Positions 17,567 through 24,286 are shown, counted from the stretch's first letter. The stretch is 26,035 nucleotides of DNA from a virus (IMGVR_UViG_3300035493_000067:1-26035); one strand, 5' to 3'. Numbers and translations: made by a program. Notes: a model not told the origin generated them from the sequence alone.

Positions 17567-19243
17567 ATGACCCCTCAAGAGCTTGATCGGAAGATCAGGA
17601 GCAGTTTCGGCTTCTTCCTGGTCATCATCTGGAAGCACCTCAACCTCCCCAATCCCACTTGGATTCAGAAGGACATTGGAGACTACCTCCAGTACGGCCC
17701 CACACGCCTCATCATCATGGCGTTCCGTGGGGTAGGGAAGAGCTTCGTTACCTCTGCCTTCGTCCTCTGGCTCCTCTACTGCAATCCCCAACTCAAGATC
17801 ATGGTGGTGTCCGCTTCCAAGGAGCGGGCAGACTCCTTCTCGACGTTCACCAGACGTCTCATCGATGAAGTGCCCATCCTGCACTTCCTGAAACCCAAGC
17901 CCGAGCAGCGTGACTCGAAGATTGCCTTCGACGTTGGCCCTGCCACGGCTGACCACAGCCCCTCAGTCAAATCGGTCGGTATCACCGGCCAAATCACTGG
18001 TAGCCGTGCAGACGTCATTATTGCCGACGACGTTGAAGTCCTGAACAACTCAGCCACCCAAGGCGCTCGGGACAAGCTAGGCGAGCTGGTGAAGGAGTTC
18101 GATGCGGTCCTCAAGCCGCTGAAGACCTCCCGAATCATCTACCTCGGTACGCCGCAGTGTGAGATGTCCCTGTACAACACCCTCTGCGAGCGCGGCTACA
18201 AGCGCCGTATCTGGCCTGCACGGTTCCTAGACGACGCCGGCATGGCCAAGTACAAGGGTGACCTGGCTCCCTGCATCAGCGACGCCTACTTCAAGGACCC
18301 TACTCTGGTGGGGCAGACCACTGAGCCCCTGCGGTTCAGCGACGAAGACCTCGACCGACGACTTCTTTCCTACGGCAAGGCTGGCTTCGCCCTGCAGTTC
18401 ATGCTGGATACGAGCCTCTCGGATGCCGACAAGTACCCGCTGAAGCTCAGCGACCTCATGGTGATGTCCGTCGACCACCGGAAGGCTCCCATCGACTTCA
18501 CTTGGGCCTCTGGCAGCAAGCAAGTCCTGGATCTGCCCACGGTGGGTCTACAGGGTGACCGCTACCACCAGCCCCTCTGGATGGCCGACCAGACTGCCGA
18601 GTTCCAAGGCTCGGTGATGTTCATCGACCCATCTGGTCGAGGCAAAGACGAAACAGCGTATGCAGTGGTGAAGTTCCTCCACGGCTTCCTGTTCCTCGTT
18701 GCCCTCGGAGGTCTCCGTGACGGCTACACACCGGAGACCATGGAGACGCTGGCACGAACCGCCAAGGCCCATGGCGTCAACTTCATCCGGGTCGAGAGCA
18801 ACTTCGGCGACGGCATGTTCACTGAGCTGCTGAAGCCTCACCTCCAGCGCATCTACCCGTGCGCCATCGAGGAGGAACGATCGGTAGGCCAGAAGGAGCT
18901 GCGCATCATCGACACACTGGAGCCGGTGCTGATGCAGCATCGCCTCATCGTCGACCCTCGGGTCATCGAAGAGGACTACCGGCAGTGCGAGCAGGACCTC
19001 AAGTACTCTGCCTTCTACCAGCTCACCCGCATCACCCGAGACCGGGGCGCACTGGCCCACGACGACCGCCTGGAAGCGATTGCAGGGGCCGTAGCGTATT
19101 GGGTGGAGCAGATGGCTAGGGACGGTAAGGTCGAGGCTGAAAAACACCGGGAAGAGCTGCTGCAGCGCGAGCTGGAGGGCTTCGTCCACGGCATCATCGG
19201 CTTCCCCTCTGTCGACAACGACAGGGGGTGGCTGCACCTCTGA
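17567..19243 (+). CDS. terL: Terminase large subunit (T7 gp19-like)
   Basis: Walker A AFRGVGKS, SVGITGQITGSRAD.IIADDVE, YLGTPQ, nuclease IDPSGRGKDET, ESNFGDGM, HDDRL. Confidence 0.97.
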   Translation: MTPQELDRKIRSSFGFFLVIIWKHLNLPNPTWIQKDIGDYLQYGPTRLIIMAFRGVGKSFVTSAFVLWLLYCNPQLKIMVVSASKERADSFSTFTRRLIDEVPILHFLKPKPEQRDSKIAFDVGPATADHSPSVKSVGITGQITGSRADVIIADDVEVLNNSATQGARDKLGELVKEFDAVLKPLKTSRIIYLGTPQCEMSLYNTLCERGYKRRIWPARFLDDAGMAKYKGDLAPCISDAYFKDPTLVGQTTEPLRFSDEDLDRRLLSYGKAGFALQFMLDTSLSDADKYPLKLSDLMVMSVDHRKAPIDFTWASGSKQVLDLPTVGLQGDRYHQPLWMADQTAEFQGSVMFIDPSGRGKDETAYAVVKFLHGFLFLVALGGLRDGYTPETMETLARTAKAHGVNFIRVESNFGDGMFTELLKPHLQRIYPCAIEEERSVGQKELRIIDTLEPVLMQHRLIVDPRVIEEDYRQCEQDLKYSAFYQLTRITRDRGALAHDDRLEAIAGAVAYWVEQMARDGKVEAEKHREELLQRELEGFVHGIIGFPSVDNDRGWLHL

Positions 19244-19488
19244 CACCACGGAAATTCCACTCCTCTGGAGCCCAGTATCCATGCGGGTTCCAGGGGAGGG
19301 TATTTACCCCCAGTACTAGGGAAGGGGGAAAGAAAGAAAAAAGGAAAGACACCTATAAGATACCTCTAAGAGTCCTCCCCGACATCGCTCCTGACATCGC
19401 TCTGTGCTGACGCACAGACCTCAGCCAGGAGCAGTGGTGTAGGTGTTTTCCCTTTACTCTCTCTTTTGGTCATGGTCTCTCCTCACTT

Positions 19489-19520
19489 ACCCCTGCAGGT
19501 TCTCCTGTGGGGGTTTTTTT
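19489..19520 (+). terminator. Intrinsic terminator at the end of the late region
   Basis: CCCCTGCAGG-TTCT-CCTGTGGGGG stem (two G-U pairs) followed by T7. Confidence 0.8.
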
Positions 19521-19570
19521 GCTACCTTGAAGACAACACCCAGTTGTCCGCTCAAGAGGTAGTCGTTGTA

Positions 19571-19900
19571 GTGTCTGACCTAAGCCTTTCCTCACTGATG
19601 ATTGCCCTCAACTCCTTGGGAGAGAGGTACGCCAAGAGGCCCTCACTCACCGAGCTTGTGCTGCTGACCATCATTGCTGAGAATCCCGGCATCACCCAAA
19701 CGGACATCCGTGAGCGGTTCAACACGGGCCTCACCAGACAGTCCATGGCGACGTACATCGGACGTCTTCGAGACGACTATGACGACCCACTGGTGACAGA
19801 CTTGGAGGACCCTGCAGGAGGCCGGAAGAAGTTCATGGCCGTCACCAAGGCAGGGAAGGGGATGTACGAGGAGTTGTTAGGAGCACTGAAGGGAGCTTGA
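19571..19900 (+). CDS. MarR-like winged-helix DNA-binding protein (candidate repressor)
   Basis: Probable GTG start at 19571 after GAGGT; L..IAENPGITQTDI helix-turn-helix and EDP..GRKK...VT.AG wing motif. Confidence 0.78.
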   Translation: MSDLSLSSLMIALNSLGERYAKRPSLTELVLLTIIAENPGITQTDIRERFNTGLTRQSMATYIGRLRDDYDDPLVTDLEDPAGGRKKFMAVTKAGKGMYEELLGALKGA

Positions 19901-19905
19901 AGGAA

Positions 19906-20280
19906 ATGAGGTTGCTGGTTGCTGTAGCTGCTGCGCTGTTTGCCGTGTCTGCACAAGCCAAGATGATGGACTGTACGCTGCACTCACTGAAGGACGGAGA
20001 CACCATAGGGGAAATGCAGGTGTCGGTCCTCGGATCGTCCTCGCTGATCTACTCGAAGGAGCCCAAGAAGGATCGGGAAGGCTTCTTGAGCGTCCTCTTT
20101 GAGCATCACAGCGATCCGCCCTACGACGACAGCCTCTCCCTCTACCTGATCCAGCAGAACGCCCAAGGGACCGAGTTCGCTCCCTTGACGTTGGTCGTGA
20201 ACTGGACGAAGGGGACCATGAAGAGCTACGTCGCGGATGCCGACAGGGCGAGTTCGTGGAGGTGTCGTAGGAGGGACTGA
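19906..20280 (+). CDS. Secreted/periplasmic hypothetical protein
   Basis: Sec signal peptide MRLLVAVAAALFAVSAQA with AQA cleavage motif; two Cys near the mature N- and C-termini. Confidence 0.72.
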   Translation: MRLLVAVAAALFAVSAQAKMMDCTLHSLKDGDTIGEMQVSVLGSSSLIYSKEPKKDREGFLSVLFEHHSDPPYDDSLSLYLIQQNAQGTEFAPLTLVVNWTKGTMKSYVADADRASSWRCRRRD

Positions 20281-20399
20281 AAGGGCACGCCGGGACCTTT
20301 TTGGCTGAAAAATCTGAGCGGTCTTTTGTAATGGCCGCGAGCCGAGTGTCCCCCCGTGGGGGGCCTGGGCGGGCTCTTTCCGGGCACCCTGGCGGCTTC

Positions 20400-20422
20400 A
20401 TCCACACCAGAATCCACACCAG
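20400..20422 (+). repeat. Tandem TCCACACCAG pair; inverted copy of the att-proximal repeat at 25668-25690
   Basis: ATCCACACCAGAATCCACACCAG versus reverse complement of 25668-25690 ATCCACACCAGATTCCACACCAG: 22/23 identical. Confidence 0.9.
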
Positions 20423-20429
20423 CCATCGC

Positions 20430-20442
20430 TAAGTCATTGATT
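20430..20442 (-). promoter_or_regulatory. IHF consensus site
   Basis: TAAGTCATTGATT is the reverse complement of WATCAANNNNTTR. Confidence 0.65.
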
Positions 20443-20745
20443 TATAAGGCATTTCAACGGATATGTGATCCGTTGGGCATCATCGCGGCAGGCTGCAAGG
20501 GCACCGCAAGGCACAACATCTAGGGGCTGCCATGGCCTGCAGCCACTACATATAGGGATGCACTTTTGCTCCCCTGTAGTTTTCTTTTCGGGCACCTCTC
20601 GCCACCCGCCAGGATTGCCACGCCAGCGCCCCACAAGCGCCCCACAAGCCCCGCAAAGACCATCGCCCATGCCTACCTATTGGCCAGCCTTGCCGCGCCT
20701 CCTATCGCCTCCTATGCGCTCGCAAGCGGGACTAACATCAGGCTG

Positions 20746-20773
20746 TTGACATGCTCAGCCGTTCGCGTAGAAT
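20746..20773 (+). promoter_or_regulatory. Early sigma70 promoter P1
   Basis: TTGACA-16 bp-TAGAAT. Confidence 0.75.
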
Positions 20774-20838
20774 GCGCAGCCATCCCGGCACGGATCGCCG
20801 GGGTCGAATGAACCGGAAACGGGACAGACGACAGAGGG

Positions 20839-20868
20839 TTGACAAGGTCACCCGACGGGCTCTAGGAT
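20839..20868 (+). promoter_or_regulatory. Early sigma70 promoter P2
   Basis: TTGACA-18 bp-TAGGAT. Confidence 0.65.
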
Positions 20869-21022
20869 ATGCCCAACGCTGCAGAGAACGCGGCACGCAA
20901 GGCAAGTCGACAACGTCGAACGCCACGCTAGAAGTGAAGGCTAGGGGCCTTCGTAACGCGGACAACGGGACACGCGGCTTCTACCGGATCGCAGGGAGCG
21001 ACACGGCAAAGACAACGACGGG

Positions 21023-21050
21023 TTGACAAGCGAAGCGGAAAGCGTAGAAT
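21023..21050 (+). promoter_or_regulatory. Early sigma70 promoter P3
   Basis: TTGACA-16 bp-TAGAAT; three tandem promoters mirror T7 A1-A3. Confidence 0.75.
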
Positions 21051-21100
21051 CTGCAGCCAACGAAGGACGCAACACCCGGCAGGATGCCGACAGCAACACC

Positions 21101-21112
21101 CGCTCTTTAACA
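21101..21112 (+). promoter_or_regulatory. boxA antitermination element
   Basis: CGCTCTTTAACA matches the rrn/lambda boxA consensus, located just downstream of the early promoters. Confidence 0.85.
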
Positions 21113-21140
21113 ATTCGGATATGACGCATGGCAAGCTGTG

Positions 21141-21188
21141 GGCTTAACAGAGCGTCTTGGTGACTTCTCCAGGACGCTCGATTAAGTC
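21141..21188 (+). promoter_or_regulatory. Long hairpin, probable RNase III processing site before the first early gene
   Basis: GGCTTAA..GAGCGTCTTGG / CCAGGACGCTC..TTAAGTC stem with internal loop and no U tail. Confidence 0.65.
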
Positions 21189-21245
21189 AACTGGTGGAGT
21201 GTGACCCTGAACCGTAACGACTACGGGACAACTCCGCCCATAAGA

Positions 21246-21259
21246 TCCCGCATCCGGGA
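21246..21259. promoter_or_regulatory. Operator-like palindrome TCCCG-CATC-CGGGA
   Basis: Perfect 5-4-5 inverted repeat in intergenic DNA; recurs at 22027 and 24210. Confidence 0.65.
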
Positions 21260-21288
21260 CAGTCAACTAGATCGTAGGAGGTGCCATC

Positions 21289-22023
21289 ATGGCCAAAGCT
21301 ACTGGTTTCATCATCTATGAAGGTCCGTCCGTGCTCGATGGCGAGCCCATCGTGGTCATCGCTACCATGCACAGCGGCAACGTGAAGACCGGCGACATGG
21401 TCCAGACATGGATCATGCGGTCGGACGTTGAGCCGCACACCGCAAGCAAGCTGATGCTCGACGGCTCGGTGTGTGGTGGCTGCCCACATCGCCAGTCCCT
21501 CGGTGGTGCCTGCTATGTCACCTTGCATCAAGGTCCGCTGTCCGTGTTCCGTGCCTACAAGCGCGGCAACTACAGCCGTGACTGGGATGCTGCTGCCTTC
21601 GCTGGCCGGATGGTTCGCCTCGGTGCCTATGGTGACCCTGCAGCTGTGCCTTTCGACGTCTGGCAGTCCGTCCTGAGCCAAGCCAAAGGCTGGACCGGGT
21701 ACACACACCAGCTCGCCCATCGCCAGTTCGATACTCGGCTGCTGCGCTGGGTCATGGTGAGTGCCGACACTCCCAAGCAAGCCAGTGGCAGTCACCGCTT
21801 CGGACGCCGCACCTTCCGAGTGAAGACCGAGGGTGCCCCGTTGCTGCCCGGTGAGATTGAGTGCCCGAGTGCCAAAGGCGTGAGCTGTGCCGACTGTGGC
21901 CTGTGCAACGGTGCCCACAACGAAGGCCCGAGCATCGCCATCGATGTGCATGGTGCCCGTGCCTCCAAGTACACCGCCAAGTACGCCAAGGTAAACCTGA
22001 TTCCCGCCCTTAGTCTGTCCTGA
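21289..22023 (+). CDS. First early gene: Cys-rich protein resembling degenerate radical-SAM / mycobacteriophage Gp88-like Fe-S proteins
   Basis: AGGAGG RBS; C62-x2-C65-x9-C75-Y, RLGAYGD, GYTH, C192-x7-C200-x2-C203-x2-C206, terminal HG. The CDS is certain; the family is recalled. Confidence 0.65.
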   Translation: MAKATGFIIYEGPSVLDGEPIVVIATMHSGNVKTGDMVQTWIMRSDVEPHTASKLMLDGSVCGGCPHRQSLGGACYVTLHQGPLSVFRAYKRGNYSRDWDAAAFAGRMVRLGAYGDPAAVPFDVWQSVLSQAKGWTGYTHQLAHRQFDTRLLRWVMVSADTPKQASGSHRFGRRTFRVKTEGAPLLPGEIECPSAKGVSCADCGLCNGAHNEGPSIAIDVHGARASKYTAKYAKVNLIPALSLS

Positions 22024-22026
22024 TAA

Positions 22027-22040
22027 TCCCGCTTCCGGGA
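22027..22040. promoter_or_regulatory. Operator-like palindrome TCCCG-CTTC-CGGGA
   Basis: 13/14 identical to 21246-21259; intergenic. Confidence 0.65.
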
Positions 22041-22089
22041 TGTTCGCTGATCCGAAGGCATCCGTGTGGTGCCTTCCAGTGAGCGAATA
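22041..22089 (+). promoter_or_regulatory. Long hairpin, probable RNase III site
   Basis: TGTTCGCT...GAAGGCATC-CGTGT-GGTGCCTTC...AGCGAATA. Confidence 0.6.
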
Positions 22090-22111
22090 ACCAACCGAGG
22101 AGAGTGCCGCT

Positions 22112-22504
22112 ATGGCCCAGCAACAAACAACCGACACCCGCCGATCCATGCTCGACACCATGACCGAGGCCGCTGCTGTCTGGCGTGCCCTTCCAGGTCA
22201 GTCGGCGTCCTTCTTCGTGGGTGTCGACCCTGACGGACGCCTGCTGTGGCAGATACGGGGCGGCTTCATGGGCGCCCAGGTCAACCCACACAGTGGCCGT
22301 CCGATGGTTATGGACGGCCCTGGTGCCCAGGCTCTCATCGACAGTGCCTGCCTGTACCTCGCAGCCCATCCGGCCCTGGTGCAGAAGTTCGAGAACGTGG
22401 TGCCCATGACCTTGGGCGACTACTGCGAGGCACACGCCATTGAGTGCGAGCGCGTGGCCGACCTGATCCGCGAGCAGTTGCAGGCAGTCGGGGAGGGTGC
22501 CTGA
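22112..22504 (+). CDS. Early hypothetical protein
   Basis: GAGGAG RBS, 130 aa, phage codon usage. Confidence 0.8.
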   Translation: MAQQQTTDTRRSMLDTMTEAAAVWRALPGQSASFFVGVDPDGRLLWQIRGGFMGAQVNPHSGRPMVMDGPGAQALIDSACLYLAAHPALVQKFENVVPMTLGDYCEAHAIECERVADLIREQLQAVGEGA

Positions 22505-22677
22505 TGAACGCCTTCAAGCGTGACCTGCAACGCCAAGCCCGGCGCGCCTATCACCAAGCTCGCCAGCAACGTGCCGCCAAGCGCTACCAGTGCGGCGACT
22601 TCGACGATATGGGGCGCGAGGCAGTGGCCGACGCCTATCACCGCCGCAATCGCAGTGGCCTCGGCTGGGTTCTGTAG
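22504..22677 (+). CDS. Early Arg-rich hypothetical protein (57 aa)
   Basis: TGATG coupling, GGAGG RBS; MNAFKRDLQRQARRAYHQARQQRAAKR. Confidence 0.7.
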   Translation: MNAFKRDLQRQARRAYHQARQQRAAKRYQCGDFDDMGREAVADAYHRRNRSGLGWVL

Positions 22678-22685
22678 GAGGCCCC

Positions 22686-22910
22686 ATGCAGCTCTCAATC
22701 CAGCCCGGTGACCGGGTGTGCTTCAACGCCGACACCATCCGCCGTACCGCTCATGACCCATGGACAGTGGCCTTCGTGGGCACCGTCGAGGGCCTCTACT
22801 GCGGCGGCAAGGTGGCCGAGATTTCCACCATCGAGGGCATCCGTTCGGTGCCCGTGAACAACCTAGCCAAGGTCACGAAGGACCACGGCGTAATCGATCC
22901 AACCTACTGA
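22686..22910 (+). CDS. Early hypothetical protein, possible SH3/KOW-like barrel
   Basis: AGGAGG RBS; IQPGDRV.F ... GTV ... V...NL pattern. Confidence 0.7.
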   Translation: MQLSIQPGDRVCFNADTIRRTAHDPWTVAFVGTVEGLYCGGKVAEISTIEGIRSVPVNNLAKVTKDHGVIDPTY

Positions 22911-22921
22911 GGAGAAACACC

Positions 22922-23176
22922 ATGGCCAAGACCAAAGCTGAAATCCTGCAAGCAGCTCTCGACCTGATCCAGTCGGCTGCCGAAGCGGACTCCCTGTGTA
23001 TAGCAATTTGCCGCGACGCAGTGTCGCAGGAGCCTGTGCCGGCCCTGTGCGTTCGCTGGCAGGTGGGAGACGAAACCCGCATGGTTCCTGTGGCTAAAGT
23101 CTTCGATACTGACCCGTTCGAGCAGCTTCTGCCCCCGACTGATGACTTTGAGCTGAAGCATGAGGTGGCCGCATGA
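22922..23176 (+). CDS. Early hypothetical protein (84 aa)
   Basis: GAGGAG RBS before ATG 22922; C.D..S.EP...LC and PVAK.FD.DPFE.L.PP pattern. Confidence 0.75.
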   Translation: MAKTKAEILQAALDLIQSAAEADSLCIAICRDAVSQEPVPALCVRWQVGDETRMVPVAKVFDTDPFEQLLPPTDDFELKHEVAA

Positions 23177-23385
23177 ATGCTGTACTCCAGCTGTACAAGC
23201 CGGGTGAGCTGCTGCAAGAAGGCCCATTGATTTCCGTACTCGTAGCGGCAAAATGCTGGCACGTCCGAGGCATCCGTACCGGGCTGACAAGAATCCGGCG
23301 TGGCCTCTGGCGGATCGACCCACGAATCCCGTCCAACGAGGCAGTTCATGGACAAAGCAACCCTATCGCAGCACCTGGAGCGTGA
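23173..23385 (+). CDS. Early hypothetical protein (70 aa)
   Basis: GAGGTG RBS and ATGA overlap with the previous stop. Confidence 0.55.
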   Translation: MNAVLQLYKPGELLQEGPLISVLVAAKCWHVRGIRTGLTRIRRGLWRIDPRIPSNEAVHGQSNPIAAPGA

Positions 23386-23554
23386 AACACAAAAATACCT
23401 GCAAGGAGGCGGGGAGGTGATTCGCTACGCGAGTCCGCAGAACCCGACCAAGATCAAGCTCGGTGCCTACCGCCCGATCCACAACCTGAAGGAAGAGGCG
23501 TGGAGGGCTGAGCTTGAGCGATTGAAGAACCCGGCAACAACAGCAACAAGGTAG
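23348..23554 (+). CDS. Early protein with SutA-like RNA-polymerase-binding motif
   Basis: GAGG RBS; LERETQKYLQGGGEVI resembles the recalled SutA core L.....EFL.RGG.V. Confidence 0.55.
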   Translation: MDKATLSQHLERETQKYLQGGGEVIRYASPQNPTKIKLGAYRPIHNLKEEAWRAELERLKNPATTATR

Positions 23555-23571
23555 AAAGGGGGAGTGCCGCT

Positions 23572-23874
23572 ATGGCCAACACAAACGTACTCGTCCAATC
23601 GGCTCGCCAACTGGTCAACATGGCCGGTGGCAGCTTCATGACTCTGGAGTTTCGCAAGGCAGACGGACGCATTCGCCGTCTCAACGGACGCCTTGGTGTC
23701 TACCGGCACCTGAAGTCCCCATTCAGTGACCCTGACACCGCCGACACCGAGAACAAGGTGACCGTGTGGGAGGCCAACCGTGAAGGGAAGGCCAAGTACC
23801 GCTCGGTGCGACTGGATCGCATCGTGTCCCTCAAGCTGCGTGGAGTGGAGTTCAGATTCCATCCGCGCCCGTAG
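23572..23874 (+). CDS. Early protein with WYL-like SH3 beta-barrel (DUF2693/WYL_2-like)
   Basis: F.K.DG..R.L.G ... VW ... YRS..LDRI.S pattern; GGAG RBS. Confidence 0.62.
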   Translation: MANTNVLVQSARQLVNMAGGSFMTLEFRKADGRIRRLNGRLGVYRHLKSPFSDPDTADTENKVTVWEANREGKAKYRSVRLDRIVSLKLRGVEFRFHPRP

Positions 23875-23961
23875 TACCAACCGCTGTGAACGCTAGGCAA
23901 ATTCCGGTAACTAGGCGGGCACACTGAGGTGCCCATTGTGCAGAAGCGAGTGTAGAGAAAA

Positions 23962-24204
23962 ATGGAAGCAGTGAGTCTAGTGGACCAGTACCTTTGGAAC
24001 GAGCAAACCGACATTGTCGAGGTACTGTGTCCAGAGGGGTTCGCGGTTCATGAGGGAGATGTAGCGCTCTGGTACGAAGTGAAGGATGGACTGGAGCTGC
24101 TCAAGGAGCGAGGTGTAGCAATCATCGAGTGGGGTTATTTTGCTTGGCTCGGATTGCCCCACAACCGGGATATTGAGGAGTATCTGTCTGATGTGCTAGG
24201 TTGA
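23962..24204 (+). CDS. Acidic 80-aa early hypothetical protein
   Basis: ORF fills the gap; 17 D/E versus 4 K/R; codon usage less GC3-biased than its neighbours. Confidence 0.6.
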   Translation: MEAVSLVDQYLWNEQTDIVEVLCPEGFAVHEGDVALWYEVKDGLELLKERGVAIIEWGYFAWLGLPHNRDIEEYLSDVLG

Positions 24205-24209
24205 TATTG

Positions 24210-24223
24210 TCCCGGTTCAGGGA
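24210..24223. promoter_or_regulatory. Operator-like site TCCCG-GTTC-AGGGA upstream of the wHTH-int operon
   Basis: One mismatch to the palindrome; lies between TTGATA (24201-24206) and a weak -10-like TGTGAT (24225-24230). Confidence 0.55.
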
Positions 24224-24236
24224 ATGTGATTTTATC

Positions 24237-24286
24237 GGCGTACACGGGCGTCAACTACGACGAGAATAGAATCGCCTGTGTACGTC
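24237..24286 (+). promoter_or_regulatory. Hairpin in the leader of the wHTH-int operon
   Basis: GGCGTACACGGGCG / CGCCTGTGTACGTC 14-bp stem with two G-U pairs. Confidence 0.55.

Larger units (their letters stand above)
20283..20720. other. Non-coding junction region expected to contain the virion genome ends / terminal repeat
   Basis: Lies between the last rightmost genes and the early promoters; contains CCCCCC-GT-GGGGGG (20350-20363) and short tandem repeats (AGCGCCCCACA x2 at 20625-20646, CGCCTCCTAT x2 at 20696-20715). Exact ends cannot be seen in a prophage. Confidence 0.55.

Noticed and set aside
19302-19330. Phage RNA polymerase promoter (CCCCCAGTACTAGGGAAGG; also CACTACATATAGGGA near 20545)
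   Set aside because: Position and TAGGGA ending are suggestive, but I could not find a repeated consensus upstream of the capsid or other late genes, so it is not called.
20600-20720. CRISPR-like array from short repeats
   Set aside because: Units are 10-11 bp, directly tandem, with no spacers or cas genes.
20465-21134. Short ORFs in the junction/promoter region (e.g. 20751-21026, 20465-20749)
   Set aside because: They overlap promoters and repeats, lack RBSs and give low-complexity Arg/Pro-rich translations.
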